DNA from: Patescibacteria group bacterium
GTDB lineage: Bacteria; Patescibacteriota; Minisyncoccia; UBA6257; JACRHW01
NCBI GenBank assembly: GCA_028865725.1
Contig: JAGWJP010000001.1
Span: 55,377 to 119,376 of the forward strand
Direction of reading: 5' to 3'
Length of the DNA: 64,000 nt
This document shows, one piece after another, positions 39,406 through 49,533 of this stretch. The first letter of the stretch is position 1; every line of letters begins with the position of its first letter. The notes beneath the pieces are model-generated. The model was given only the letters and a program-made list of their open reading frames with translations, made no database searches and was not told the origin of the DNA. The position numbers and the translations under genes are program-made.

Positions 39406-39548
39406 TAAGCATGGCGGAAGATTCATCGGGTTATCAATCGATTTCTTCCCGGGAGGATGCCGAATAATAAGTACTTTGCCGTCGGTAGATTTTTTTATTT
39501 GCGTATGCTAGGCTTGTGGTGGGTCTTTTCACAAGGGAGGAAGGCAGT

Positions 39549-40118
39549 GTGAATACGTTGAAACCTAATGATTTTGATCATCCTATTTCGTATATGATTC
39601 AAAAAAAGATTCGTTCCGCTTCCCGTCATGAGGTTGCAACGAGTCTATGCGCATGGCTGGAGAGCTGGCTTGATGTCGGATATATTGACGATGAATATAT
39701 AGAATACGCAGGAATGCACGTCGCCGCAGAGGAAAAAACAGGAATTGATGACGACGTGTTCTCATGGTTCAAAAAAGATCCTACCGAAAAACGCCTATTT
39801 ATCGCCGTGTCGTTTTGCATGGGGTACTGGGGCGCTATGCCGGTTTCAGAGCCGTGCATGGAGATTATTCTTACCGTGTTTGCAACAACGAGACGCGATA
39901 CGATGTTATATCGTGTATTGCTCGGCGCGCTATGTCGCAAAATCACAAACTTATCAGGAACACTGCGGACGCGCGCAGAGGAAGTTCTCCTTGCTGAAGA
40001 GCCATTTATCATGGAACGCATAACGATTGAACAAGAGGACGTATTGCACGAGCAGGGGGCGTATGCCTGTCTAGGAGTCCTTTTTAAGATGTTGCGTGCA
40101 AATAAAGTGATTTCATAA
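39549..40118 (+). CDS. Hypothetical protein
   Basis: GTG start 8 nt after AGGGAGG. 190 aa. Confidence 0.45.
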   Translation: MNTLKPNDFDHPISYMIQKKIRSASRHEVATSLCAWLESWLDVGYIDDEYIEYAGMHVAAEEKTGIDDDVFSWFKKDPTEKRLFIAVSFCMGYWGAMPVSEPCMEIILTVFATTRRDTMLYRVLLGALCRKITNLSGTLRTRAEEVLLAEEPFIMERITIEQEDVLHEQGAYACLGVLFKMLRANKVIS

Positions 40119-40142
40119 TTTATTAGACCTGAGGAGGTTCAT

Positions 40143-40168
40143 AGCCCGGAAAGTTTCCGGGTTTTTCT
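40143..40168 (+). terminator. Rho-independent terminator
   Basis: cccgga-aagttt-ccggg followed by tttttc. Confidence 0.7.
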
Positions 40169-40202
40169 TACTCTTTACTGATTTTAAATTTAGTTATATA
40201 CT

Positions 40203-40547
40203 ATGGTTCCAAAGGTGATACGTGAAATTACTCATAACGACGCTATGACACCCTCTCATCACATCCCTCATCAGCCTATTCCTCAGGAGAAGCATAACGA
40301 TGATTTTATTACTGTACCCACCACATGGGTGAAGGGTCTTGTTGAGTGGGCGAAGAGAATGGAGGAACGCGAGAGGCATGTTCTCGTGGGTGTTCTCTAT
40401 AAATTGGAGCTCAACCATCTTCTTCGTTCTATCTTAGAAGGCGAGGCGCATCTTGCCACACACCATATATCTAAAACACATCAAATCGAGGTATGTGACC
40501 ACTGTGGAAATGTTTCTCTTGTACGGCAGGAACCGAAGGTCGAGTAG
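40203..40547 (+). CDS. Hypothetical protein
   Basis: 114-aa ORF with His-rich segments and a CDHCG motif. Confidence 0.35.
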   Translation: MVPKVIREITHNDAMTPSHHIPHQPIPQEKHNDDFITVPTTWVKGLVEWAKRMEERERHVLVGVLYKLELNHLLRSILEGEAHLATHHISKTHQIEVCDHCGNVSLVRQEPKVE

Positions 40548-40583
40548 AATTATTTATCTGTATAAAAATTGGATTAATATATA

Positions 40584-40616
40584 AAAACCGCAAGAGCCAA
40601 TTTTTGCGGTTTTTAT
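40584..40616. terminator. Bidirectional terminator hairpin
   Basis: aaaaccgcaa-gagccaattt-ttgcggtttt flanked by A/T runs on both strands. Confidence 0.55.
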
Positions 40617-40636
40617 ATATCTCCTCTTTCTTAGCG

Positions 40637-41059
40637 TTATTGAGTGCGAGTAGATGAGGCAGGACGTAGTTGAATTGATTCTGCAGTAAGGCTTCCGTCC
40701 GAGTTTTGTGTTCCGGCCGCGATTACTTGTTTTCCTGACACAAGGTCGGCGCGTGTTCCCGCGACAGATTTCATAATCGGCGTAGAGGGCGATACAAGTA
40801 TAATTTTGGAACTCCCGTCTTGAAGTTTTACCGTGATGCTTGTCGCGTCACTTGCAATAATGTTTCCCGAAACAAAACCACCCCCATTTCCTCCTCGTAG
40901 GGTGCCTCCTCCACTTCGTGGGCCGCTAAAACGCGCATTCATGGCAGCAGACCCTGTGAATTGTGCACGCGTATTTGCATTGTATTTCATGCCTGCATAA
41001 AACGCACCCCCTCCCACCACGATCACCCCCACGAGAATCATAAGAATTTTGTTATTCAT
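40637..41059 (-). CDS. Membrane-anchored Gly-rich hypothetical protein
   Basis: MNNKILMILVGVIVVGGGAFYAG TM helix. GGGTLRGGNGGG segment. Confidence 0.45.
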   Translation of the reverse strand: MNNKILMILVGVIVVGGGAFYAGMKYNANTRAQFTGSAAMNARFSGPRSGGGTLRGGNGGGFVSGNIIASDATSITVKLQDGSSKIILVSPSTPIMKSVAGTRADLVSGKQVIAAGTQNSDGSLTAESIQLRPASSTRTQ

Positions 41060-41086
41060 ACATTTTAAATATTGTTATTTTATTAT

Positions 41087-42310
41087 TTACTCATAACGCA
41101 ATGCTTCGATAGGGTTAAGGCTTGCTGCTCTGCACGCAGGATAGTAACCGAAGATAATTCCAATGAGCGCAGAGACTCCAAATGCGAGGAGTACGGAAAA
41201 GAATGAAACAGACGTCTGAATAATACCCAGGTATGTAATCAAAAACGAGATGAGCCATCCAAGAAAGACGCCAATTGTACCACTTGAGAATGTCAACATG
41301 ACTGCCTCTGCGAGAAATTGAAAGCTTATATCTTTTTTCTTTGCACCGATTGCCTTGCGAAGTCCTATTTCTCGTGTACGTTCGGTCACCGTGGTAAGCA
41401 TCATATTCATAATGCCGATCCCTCCCACAAGAAGAGAAATACCTGCCACGGCTGCAAGAAGAATTGTGAAGGTTTGTGCCACGCTTGATGCGGTCGCGAC
41501 AATATCAGCTTGATTGACCGTACTAAAATCAGCCATAGTGGGATCAGAGATTTTATGACGGTCGAGAAGAAGCGATGTAATATCATCCTGTACTTGTGTC
41601 ATTACCTGTTGATTTTCGGCTTCTACATCGATTGTAGTTACATACGTATCGCCCGCAAAGAAACGTTGCGCGCTTGAAATCGGGATAAAAATCATATTAT
41701 CTTGACTGTTGAATCCTGATCCGCCCTTTGTGGTTGTGATGCCAATTACCTTAAAATCAAGCCCTTTAATACGGATAGTTTGTCCAATAGGATTGGTATC
41801 TGGGCCGAACAGATCATCACGCACCGTAGGGCCGATAACGGCCACTTTTTGAATTCCTTGAATGTTTGCATCAGTGATAAAATAACCATTGTCAATTTGG
41901 ATATTGCGTACGTCGGGATAGTTCGCATTCGTACCGATGACTGACACGTTCGTATTCGTACCCGGTGCGGTAACCTGTTCGCGGATAGAGAGCTCCGGTG
42001 CCACCGCTTTGACGGATGCGACCTGCGACGCAATAGCATCTGCGTCTTCCAGCCGTAGCGTACGCGCAGAACCTCGCCCCGCACTTATTTGGTATCCGGG
42101 TCCTCGCTGCGCTCCGGGTGTCACTATAATAAGGTTTGAGCCAATAGACTGGATGCTTGCTTGAATTGATCTTTGTGCTCCGGCGCCAATTGCAGTCATC
42201 GCGATCACGGAGCTAATACCAATGATAATGCCAAGCATGGTAAGACCCGTACGCGTTTTATTAGAGGTGAGCGCAGTGTATGTTTCTTGGAAAATATCGT
42301 TCGCGGTCAT
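41087..42310 (-). CDS. ABC transporter permease, FtsX/MacB family
   Basis: 407 aa. N-terminal TM, periplasmic domain, C-terminal 3-TM FtsX-like region. Operon with the ATPase. Confidence 0.85.
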   Translation of the reverse strand: MTANDIFQETYTALTSNKTRTGLTMLGIIIGISSVIAMTAIGAGAQRSIQASIQSIGSNLIIVTPGAQRGPGYQISAGRGSARTLRLEDADAIASQVASVKAVAPELSIREQVTAPGTNTNVSVIGTNANYPDVRNIQIDNGYFITDANIQGIQKVAVIGPTVRDDLFGPDTNPIGQTIRIKGLDFKVIGITTTKGGSGFNSQDNMIFIPISSAQRFFAGDTYVTTIDVEAENQQVMTQVQDDITSLLLDRHKISDPTMADFSTVNQADIVATASSVAQTFTILLAAVAGISLLVGGIGIMNMMLTTVTERTREIGLRKAIGAKKKDISFQFLAEAVMLTFSSGTIGVFLGWLISFLITYLGIIQTSVSFFSVLLAFGVSALIGIIFGYYPACRAASLNPIEALRYE

Positions 42311-43032
42311 AGAGAGTATGTTACTTTTTTTGAAATGTTCGGTGTATCGCTTAAAATCAAACCGTCTTTAATGTGGATAATCCGCTTTGCATATTCAGCA
42401 ATATCCGGTTCGTGGGTAATAAGAATAATAGTTCGTCCATGTTGCGTGTTAAGTTCCTGGAACGTCCCAAGTACGATTTCTCCTGTTTTTGAATCAAGAT
42501 TTCCCGTGGGTTCATCGGCCAAGATAAGCGAAGGATTGTTGACAAGCGCTCGCGCAATTGCCACGCGTTGAATTTGTCCCCCTGAAAGTTGATTAGAGAG
42601 ATGGGAAAAATATTCTTCTCCAAGACCCGCAGCCTTTAATGCGGTGTATGCGCGCGATTCCCGTTCTTCAGGGTTTGTCTCCTCATAGACAAGCGGTAGC
42701 ATGACATTGCGGAGCGCGGTTGCGCGCGGGAGGAGATTGAATGCCTGAAAGACAAATCCTATCTTTTCTCTGCGAATATCGGCAAGCTCATTATCATTGA
42801 GTTTCGAGACGTCCTTCCCCTCAAGGAAATAAGAGCCGCTTGTCGGTGTATCGAGCGCTCCCAAAATATGCATAAGTGTTGACTTTCCTGACCCGGAAGG
42901 TCCCATAATGGCGACAAATTCTCCTTCGTGTATATCAAAACTTACGCCGCATAACGCAGTAAATGCCGCATTGCCACTGCCATATGTTTTTGTCACGTTT
43001 TTAATTTCTAGCATGTCCGATATAGGTTTCAT
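42307..43032 (-). CDS. ABC transporter ATP-binding protein (MacB/LolD-like)
   Basis: Walker A GPSGSGKSTLMHILG. Signature LSGGQIQRVAIARAL. Walker B ILADEPTGNLD. Confidence 0.9.
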   Translation of the reverse strand: MKPISDMLEIKNVTKTYGSGNAAFTALCGVSFDIHEGEFVAIMGPSGSGKSTLMHILGALDTPTSGSYFLEGKDVSKLNDNELADIRREKIGFVFQAFNLLPRATALRNVMLPLVYEETNPEERESRAYTALKAAGLGEEYFSHLSNQLSGGQIQRVAIARALVNNPSLILADEPTGNLDSKTGEIVLGTFQELNTQHGRTIILITHEPDIAEYAKRIIHIKDGLILSDTPNISKKVTYSL

Positions 43033-44813
43033 TAACCTCCTATTCTTCCGCGAAATGTTGCTCCGCCTCCGCCACCTCCCGTGACACCACGCGCGCCTCC
43101 TCCGCCAATAAGGCTCGGTGCGGAAGCAGCAGTCGTGGATTTTGTCGCCGTAATTGTTTTTACAATAATTTCATCGTCTTGCTCGAGGCCGCTTAGAATC
43201 TCCGTTGAATTATTGTCTGAAATACCAACTTCTACGGTGCGTCGTTGCGGAATAAGGGTAGTGGCAATTCCTTGCGGATTTTCAATATTACTCACGTTGC
43301 CCAATAATGTTTTATCAATCGTCTCTACATAATGCGTGGTCCCTTGCGTTTTTACCGCACTATTAGGTACGAGGAGCGTGTCTTGGTGGACATCGGTAAT
43401 AATAGCGGCATTTACGCTCATTCCTGGTTTTACTCGTGCGTCTTGCGTATCGAATCCTATTTTAACGTTATAGGTTACGACACCCTGGTTTACCGTTCCT
43501 ATGGTATCTATCTCTGCAACGGTTCCCGCAATACTTAACCCATCAACTGCGTCAAAAGTGAGCGTTGCTTTTTGTCCTACTTTTACTTTCGCCGCATCGA
43601 TCTCATTTAATGAAAGTTCCGCAATTTTTTGCTGGGTGATAAGTGTGGCGATCACGGTCGAAGGAGATGCTGAATCGTATTTCTGTGCATTTACCGTTGC
43701 CAGCACACCATCAAAGGGCGCATAGACAGAATAATCAGCTAATGTACTTTGCGCATCGGCAAGCGCGTTTTCTTTTTGCTGGATCGAAAGTTGTTGCGCG
43801 GCAAGATCAAGCGGATCAGGTCCTTGCTGGAGTTTTGTAAGATTCAACTGCTCCTCTTCAATAGAGCGTTTTGTGTTGGCAAGCGTACTGATATCACTGG
43901 AAAGATTTGAGAGTTGCGAATCGGTTTCACTGATATAGGTTGCAAGCGTATTTTGTTGAGTAATAAGTAGGGAAGGGGGTGTACGCTGGTAGGTGCTCAA
44001 CGTTTCTTTCACAAATCCAAGAAGATCATTTGTACTTTTTACGGTGTCTGAAACGGATTTAGTTGTTGCATAGGTTTCATTGATAATATGTTCAGTGGTG
44101 GTGGCATCAGAAAAACGCGTAGTGGTTTTATAATCGTTAAACGTTTGGTTATATTCGTTTTGTGCCGTTTGAAATTTTGTGAGCACATCATTTTGGTATT
44201 TCGATACATTGGGATCATAATCTTTCACCAAATCACCGTAGGCTGAAGTATTGTCTTGATTTCTACTTACCTCTGTACCGTAAATAATATCTTGAAGACC
44301 TGACATAATAGTAGGGAGCTGTAAGAAGGTATCGGACACATCGCTAAACCCACCGTCATACGTTTTTTGAAGTGTTTCTTGCGATTGTGCGAGACTGTTC
44401 TGCGCCTGAATGATAGTAAGGGGATCGGTAGGTTCTTCAAATTTCTGAAAGGATAGTTTTGCGCTTTCAAGATTGGCCTCCGCATCTCGCACCGATTTTT
44501 CTGCTGTGGTAGTGTCGAGGCGTGCAATAAGAGACCCTGCTTTTACGTAGTGTCCGGGGACCGCGTTGAGATACAAGATTTCACCTGACGCTTCCGGTTG
44601 GAGGTTTACTTGATTTGATGCGGATACTTGCCCGCTCCCACTTATCGAAGATACAATAGTGCCCTTCTGTGTTGCGGCAAATACATAGCGTGTTTCTGTG
44701 TTTGTCGGGTAAAGTGCATTCCATCCCCAGTATCCTGCACCTACAAGTAAGATAAGTACGAGTATGCTTAGTTTTTTATGAGTAGCAATATAAACACTTA
44801 GAGCATGATACAT
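43032..44813 (-). CDS. Periplasmic adaptor (membrane fusion protein, HlyD/MacA-like) with a Gly-rich C-terminus
   Basis: N-terminal TM, long coiled coil, beta-barrel segments. C-terminus GGGGARGVTGGGGGGATFRG. Overlaps the ABC ATPase start. Confidence 0.7.
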   Translation of the reverse strand: MYHALSVYIATHKKLSILVLILLVGAGYWGWNALYPTNTETRYVFAATQKGTIVSSISGSGQVSASNQVNLQPEASGEILYLNAVPGHYVKAGSLIARLDTTTAEKSVRDAEANLESAKLSFQKFEEPTDPLTIIQAQNSLAQSQETLQKTYDGGFSDVSDTFLQLPTIMSGLQDIIYGTEVSRNQDNTSAYGDLVKDYDPNVSKYQNDVLTKFQTAQNEYNQTFNDYKTTTRFSDATTTEHIINETYATTKSVSDTVKSTNDLLGFVKETLSTYQRTPPSLLITQQNTLATYISETDSQLSNLSSDISTLANTKRSIEEEQLNLTKLQQGPDPLDLAAQQLSIQQKENALADAQSTLADYSVYAPFDGVLATVNAQKYDSASPSTVIATLITQQKIAELSLNEIDAAKVKVGQKATLTFDAVDGLSIAGTVAEIDTIGTVNQGVVTYNVKIGFDTQDARVKPGMSVNAAIITDVHQDTLLVPNSAVKTQGTTHYVETIDKTLLGNVSNIENPQGIATTLIPQRRTVEVGISDNNSTEILSGLEQDDEIIVKTITATKSTTAASAPSLIGGGGARGVTGGGGGGATFRGRIGG

Positions 44814-44832
44814 AAGTCATTATATTATGGAA

Positions 44833-45306
44833 TTATTGATTGTGAGGCATGCGCGCCATGGTGCTTGACGCAATGCCGGGTACGATACGCACAAGGCGTG
44901 CGTGCATGACACCTGCTTCGTCGGAGGATCCTATTACGATTACATGATCATTTATGTGAAGATCGGTGGGGGTAATGACATCTCGAAATTTTCGGAGTGC
45001 CGTAGTGCTTGAGAGCCTGATTGTCGTTTCAATATTATCTCTCCCTTCTACTATAAAAGTTGGTAGATTGATTGAGGTGATGGTTCCTACTGCTCCGTTT
45101 GCGCTTGGAAAATATTGCTGTGCGATATTGTAGCGCGGATTATTAAATGCTTGGTAGTATGCTCTTCCCCGCTGATACGCAACGCTTGCTTTGTGATACC
45201 CGATAAAAATGCCAAGTTGAAATACCGCGAGGATTATGATGAATGCACCAATGCCGTATAGGATGCATATAATAACGCGTGAGGAAAATGATGTGCGTGT
45301 ATCCAT
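44833..45306 (-). CDS. Hypothetical membrane protein
   Basis: 157 aa with an N-terminal TM. Confidence 0.4.
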   Translation of the reverse strand: MDTRTSFSSRVIICILYGIGAFIIILAVFQLGIFIGYHKASVAYQRGRAYYQAFNNPRYNIAQQYFPSANGAVGTITSINLPTFIVEGRDNIETTIRLSSTTALRKFRDVITPTDLHINDHVIVIGSSDEAGVMHARLVRIVPGIASSTMARMPHNQ

Positions 45307-45315
45307 AAATTGTGA

Positions 45316-45777
45316 TTATAACGTTTTTATTGACAGCAATGCTCTTCGGACATGTTTTGCAATACGCGCACATGAGAGCACTATGATAAAGGCGACAGAG
45401 GAGAGCGCAATCAGTGGAAGTACGGGGAGCGCTTCTAAAATTGAACTTACAAATTCTTGCCATGAAGCGACAAGGAGTGTGCCGTCAGAAAAGAGAAGAG
45501 ATCCATATTCATAGAATCCCGTTTCTCCAAAGCTTTTTATTGCATAATGAAGAGCGGGAACAAGAGCGGCTCCTGCAAAAATGGCGGGGATGCCAAAGAG
45601 AACGAGTTGTACTCGCGAAAATTTCCTACGTTCCATTGCAACCGCCACGATTACTTTGTGATACAAATTGTGAGGAAGTGGATTCTTGGAGGAATGGGGA
45701 GTATTCATATGGTTTCTAATAATACAACGTGTGTGCGCACTATTTTGGTGCGTGAGCGACGAGCTTTCGTAGTGCAA
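45316..45777 (-). CDS. Membrane protein, putative anti-sigma factor
   Basis: 153 aa. Overlaps the ECF sigma gene end. Hydrophobic helices. Confidence 0.4.
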   Translation of the reverse strand: MHYESSSLTHQNSAHTRCIIRNHMNTPHSSKNPLPHNLYHKVIVAVAMERRKFSRVQLVLFGIPAIFAGAALVPALHYAIKSFGETGFYEYGSLLFSDGTLLVASWQEFVSSILEALPVLPLIALSSVAFIIVLSCARIAKHVRRALLSIKTL

Positions 45778-46333
45778 TAAGAGCTCGATTGTGCTGGCTT
45801 CGTACGGTGTTGGCTGGTTTGTGAAGTATGGTGCCTATTTCTTCAAATGAGAGATGTTCTTCATAGCGCAGAAATACAACTTCTCGATACAGGGTTGGTA
45901 ATTGACCTAACAACATATGCATATGTCGTTTTTCCTCCGCCTGAAGAAGCAGCTCATCAGGCGGTGTTTCTTCGCTTGTCACTCGGTCGGCAATAGTATT
46001 ATTTCCTTCTTCGTCCTCAAATTCGGAGAATGAATAATCGCGTCGTTTGCGCATCCAGTCGATCGTGGTGTTTCGCGCAATAGTGAGCAGCCAAGTAGTG
46101 AATTTTCCTGTTGGTTTGTAGTGTGAAAGTTTTTTCCACATTTTAATAAATGTTTCTTGTGCAATATCTTCTGCGTCTTTTGGGTTTTTATTAAGCTGGA
46201 GTATAAAGTAATACACCTGATTAAGGTGTGTATGAATGAGAATTTCGAGAGCATTATCGTCTCCTTCTTGCGCACGCGCGATGAGATCAAACTCGTTGGT
46301 TTCACTACTGCGATGCCTGTGATCGTGAATCAT
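45740..46333 (-). CDS. RNA polymerase ECF sigma factor (second copy)
   Basis: IAQETFIKMWKKLSHYKPTGKFTTWLLTIARNTTIDWMRKRR. Region 4 NTVRSQHNRALIALRK. Confidence 0.8.
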   Translation of the reverse strand: MIHDHRHRSSETNEFDLIARAQEGDDNALEILIHTHLNQVYYFILQLNKNPKDAEDIAQETFIKMWKKLSHYKPTGKFTTWLLTIARNTTIDWMRKRRDYSFSEFEDEEGNNTIADRVTSEETPPDELLLQAEEKRHMHMLLGQLPTLYREVVFLRYEEHLSFEEIGTILHKPANTVRSQHNRALIALRKLVAHAPK

Positions 46334-46442
46334 GATGTTCAGGAGTGTTCCATACCACCATAATGGTGGCAGGAGGGTAGTTCTCTGTCAACCCCCCCCA
46401 TTTTTTTTGCTTCTATAGATATAAACGTGGGTTTATGGTATT

Positions 46443-46826
46443 TTGTTCCCATACATTAAGTTGGCTTATATGTTCATTCGCACGGGAACATTTCTTTGGA
46501 CGCAACATATTCAACGAAAAATGAGATTTTACGGGCTTTCTGAGTCACGACTTAAGCGTATCGTGCGCCATCCCGCACGCATTGAAGAAGGCATTGCGCC
46601 GCATACTGTCGCCTGTATGCAGCCTGCGGGGTCTTCAAAGAATATGCAAGAAATTTGGGTGATGTATCAAAAAAAATCAGCATCCAAAAATCAACATTCA
46701 AAATTGAGTGGCGAAGCGGTTACCATGATTAGTGCATGGCGCTATCCTGGAGTGAGCCCCAAGCGGAATCCTATTCCGCAAGATATTTTGGATGAAGTGT
46801 TAGAAATGCTTGAACTCTCAGAATAA
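46443..46826 (+). CDS. Hypothetical protein
   Basis: 127-aa ORF. The start is uncertain. Confidence 0.3.
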   Translation: MFPYIKLAYMFIRTGTFLWTQHIQRKMRFYGLSESRLKRIVRHPARIEEGIAPHTVACMQPAGSSKNMQEIWVMYQKKSASKNQHSKLSGEAVTMISAWRYPGVSPKRNPIPQDILDEVLEMLELSE

Positions 46827-46831
46827 CAAAT

Positions 46832-46872
46832 AACACCGCGGTAAGAGAAATCTACGGTGTTATTTGTTATAC
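46832..46872. terminator. Bidirectional terminator-like hairpin between convergent genes
   Basis: acaccg...cggtgt stem followed by tatttgttat. Confidence 0.45.
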
Positions 46873-46880
46873 AGCATTTT

Positions 46881-47945
46881 TTATTTTCTTTCTACCAGTT
46901 TTACTGCAGCAGTGATTTCTTTTCCATTGCGCAAGACTTTGAGCATAAGTTCGTCGCCCACTTCATACCGATCAAGCATGTCCTGGAGGGTAAGATCTCG
47001 CGTTACTTTTTCTTCGTTGCATTCGAGAATGACGTCTTGTTCTTTGATGCCTGCCTTTGATGCCGGGGAGTGAGGGACAATGGCATTATCTCCCGGGTCC
47101 TGCCGTACGACCAGCGCGCCGTAATTAACAGGGAGTTTGAAATGCCGTTGCAATGCATCGTCTAAGATCACGTACTTTATACCAAGGAGCGGTTTGCGTA
47201 TTCTTCCAAACTCCTTGAGATCCGCAAGATCTTTTTTTGCTGCATTGATAGGAAGCGCGAATCCGATATTTTGTGCGCCAAAAATGATAGCGGTATTGAT
47301 GCCCATAACCTCGCCAAAAATGTTCAAGAGAGGTCCACCCGAGTTTCCGGGATTGATCGCAGTATCTGTCTGGATTAAACCGCGCAGTTCTTCTGTTGGT
47401 TTTTCTCCGGGTTCGATTTGTGCGGGGATATGGCGCGCGATGCCCGATACAATTCCGCTTGAAACAGTATTTTTGAACATGCCAAGCGCATTGCCGATAG
47501 CAATAGCTTGCTGACCAAGCGTAATGCGCGCCGAATCGCCGAGGGTAAGTGTGGGGAGGTCATGCGCATCAATTTTCAAGATCGCAACATCATTGATAGG
47601 ATCGCGTGCGAGAATAGTTGCTGCATAGGTCTTGTTGTCGTCGGTGAGTACTGCGTAGGAGGCATTTGGTTCGCTCACCACATGGCGGTTTGTGAGAATA
47701 ATTCCACTTGGATCAACGACAAAACCGGACCCCCCTCCAATTTTTACCATGCCTTTTTCGTCGACATCCTCGGGGGAAATATGGGGCTGTTCTTCCCCCT
47801 GGGGAATGTAGGGATACATTTGGGTATAAATTTCTTTTTCGAGCTCGCGCAAATCTTTCGAGATGACAATGCTTACCACCGCAGGCATTGCGGATTTTAC
47901 TACATTAATAAGAGGTGATTGTTCTTCCATATGTGTCTGCCTCAT
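46881..47945 (-). CDS. htrA: HtrA/DegP-family trypsin-like serine protease with a C-terminal PDZ domain
   Basis: GSGFVVDPSGIILTNRHVV (His). TDTAINPGNSGGPLLN (Ser). PDZ domain at the C-terminus. Confidence 0.85.
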   Translation of the reverse strand: MRQTHMEEQSPLINVVKSAMPAVVSIVISKDLRELEKEIYTQMYPYIPQGEEQPHISPEDVDEKGMVKIGGGSGFVVDPSGIILTNRHVVSEPNASYAVLTDDNKTYAATILARDPINDVAILKIDAHDLPTLTLGDSARITLGQQAIAIGNALGMFKNTVSSGIVSGIARHIPAQIEPGEKPTEELRGLIQTDTAINPGNSGGPLLNIFGEVMGINTAIIFGAQNIGFALPINAAKKDLADLKEFGRIRKPLLGIKYVILDDALQRHFKLPVNYGALVVRQDPGDNAIVPHSPASKAGIKEQDVILECNEEKVTRDLTLQDMLDRYEVGDELMLKVLRNGKEITAAVKLVERK

Positions 47946-48184
47946 GTCGGCTGGCGCATTTCTTTGTCAAAACTTGCGCTCCTCACTCGAAATACTGTTA
48001 GTATTCCTCGTTTCGGTGCTCGGTTTTTCCTCGCACTGCATCCAGCCGGCACAAGGCAGTATCGTTTTTAAGAGTTAATACGCTTTGATTATAGCAGAAA
48101 AGAATCTTATTTGTCATTCTGAATGGAAGGTAAAAATGCTCTCGTTTTGTCATTCTGAGGCGCTCCGAAGAATCTCTGTAGCAT

Positions 48185-48742
48185 CTAGTGACTACCAAAT
48201 ACATCGGGCGGCAGAGTTTCCGGCCACTCTCCAGTTTCTCGTATTATTGCAAGTTTCCACAATAGATCGCCTACACGGCCATTCCCGTCTTCAAAAGGAT
48301 GAATTGTTTCAAAGTCTGTGTAATATTCTAATGGGTTTACTGCGTTGCCAATAAAGGCATCGATTAACCCTTCAAGTGCTCTTTCAATATTTTCGGGATC
48401 AATGCCGCGTGTCATATTGGCAAAACGTACTGGAATCCTTCTGAACCCTTTTTGATTTCTTTTTTCTATTATTTCCGCCCACCGCATGATATACTCTTTC
48501 ATCTCGGAAGGGGTAAGCGCGGCGAGTTTCTCCGTATCAGATCCTAATGTCTTGGCGGAGATGTATGCTTCTGCAAAGCCCAGAATTTGTTCTCTAGAAG
48601 TTGCGTGTTGCAAGATACATTGCTCAATAATCAGTTCCTTATCTTTTTGGGTAAGCCTTTCCGGAAATTTCAAAGAAGCAATATCCAATGGAACTGATTT
48701 TATTTCTTCGTTATTTTTCATGGCTTGGACTGTCGATGCCAC
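48185..48742 (-). CDS. Fic-family protein (short form)
   Basis: FETIHPFEDGNGRVGDLLW Fic motif. Confidence 0.75.
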   Translation of the reverse strand: MASTVQAMKNNEEIKSVPLDIASLKFPERLTQKDKELIIEQCILQHATSREQILGFAEAYISAKTLGSDTEKLAALTPSEMKEYIMRWAEIIEKRNQKGFRRIPVRFANMTRGIDPENIERALEGLIDAFIGNAVNPLEYYTDFETIHPFEDGNGRVGDLLWKLAIIRETGEWPETLPPDVFGSH

Positions 48743-49367
48743 TAATTATAGTGAGTAAATCTAACGTATTGTGTGCAATAGGTGTTTCGGGATCAATGGT
48801 TGAGGGATCATAACCCCACCCGTAATGGGCAAGGATAAAATGGCGAATATTATTTTCGCGTGCCATGGTATAGTCGACATTTCTGTCTCCAATCATAATG
48901 ACTTCATCAACTCCCACATTAAATCTGTTCAAAATATCAGGTACGACGTTTTTCTTGATGAAACGTGTAAGATCAGTTTTGCCGACGACATCATCAAAAA
49001 ACGAGTCTAGTTGATTGAGTTCGAGATTACGACGTATTTCGTTTGCATAATTTGATGATAATACCACGAGCGTATAGTTTTGATGTAGCTCCCGAAGCAC
49101 TTCTTGTATATTCGGATAGGCATTGTATTTTTGAGTTTTAATCTCGTCTACATACATCTCTTCCGCCTGGCGTACCACCTGTTCGTCGGTCACCCCGAGA
49201 TTGGACAAACATTCTTTATAGTTTTTACCATATACTTTTCTAAATTCCTCTAAATCTTCAGGACAGGGGATACCCAATGTCTTGCAAATATTCAAATATA
49301 CGCGATGAATCGCGGGAAAAGAATCTAGAATGACGCCATCATAATCAAAGATAATTAATTTAATCAT
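48711..49367 (-). CDS. HAD-IA family hydrolase (phosphatase)
   Basis: MIKLIIFDYDGVILDS (DxDG). VIMIGDRNVDYTMA (motif IV). Start taken at an internal Met. Confidence 0.7.
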   Translation of the reverse strand: MIKLIIFDYDGVILDSFPAIHRVYLNICKTLGIPCPEDLEEFRKVYGKNYKECLSNLGVTDEQVVRQAEEMYVDEIKTQKYNAYPNIQEVLRELHQNYTLVVLSSNYANEIRRNLELNQLDSFFDDVVGKTDLTRFIKKNVVPDILNRFNVGVDEVIMIGDRNVDYTMARENNIRHFILAHYGWGYDPSTIDPETPIAHNTLDLLTIISGIDSPSHEK

Positions 49368-49397
49368 ACCGTGACCGCGTCTTATGTTTTTTAAGGG

Positions 49398-49471
49398 TGG
49401 GCTCGAGCCGATTCGAACGGCTGACCCCTTCGATGTCAACGAAGTACTCTAACCAACTGAGCTACGAGCCC
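49398..49471 (-). tRNA. tRNA-Val (anticodon GAC)
   Basis: Reverse complement GGGCTCGTAGCTCAGTTGGTTAGAGT-ACTTCG-TTGACAT-CGAAGG...GTTCGAATCGGCTCGAGCCCA. Confidence 0.85.
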
Positions 49472-49533
49472 GTACATAAGTAATCGTGAGGTCATTGTAG
49501 GATAGTTTTTTCTGAAATACAAGGCGTGCCGTA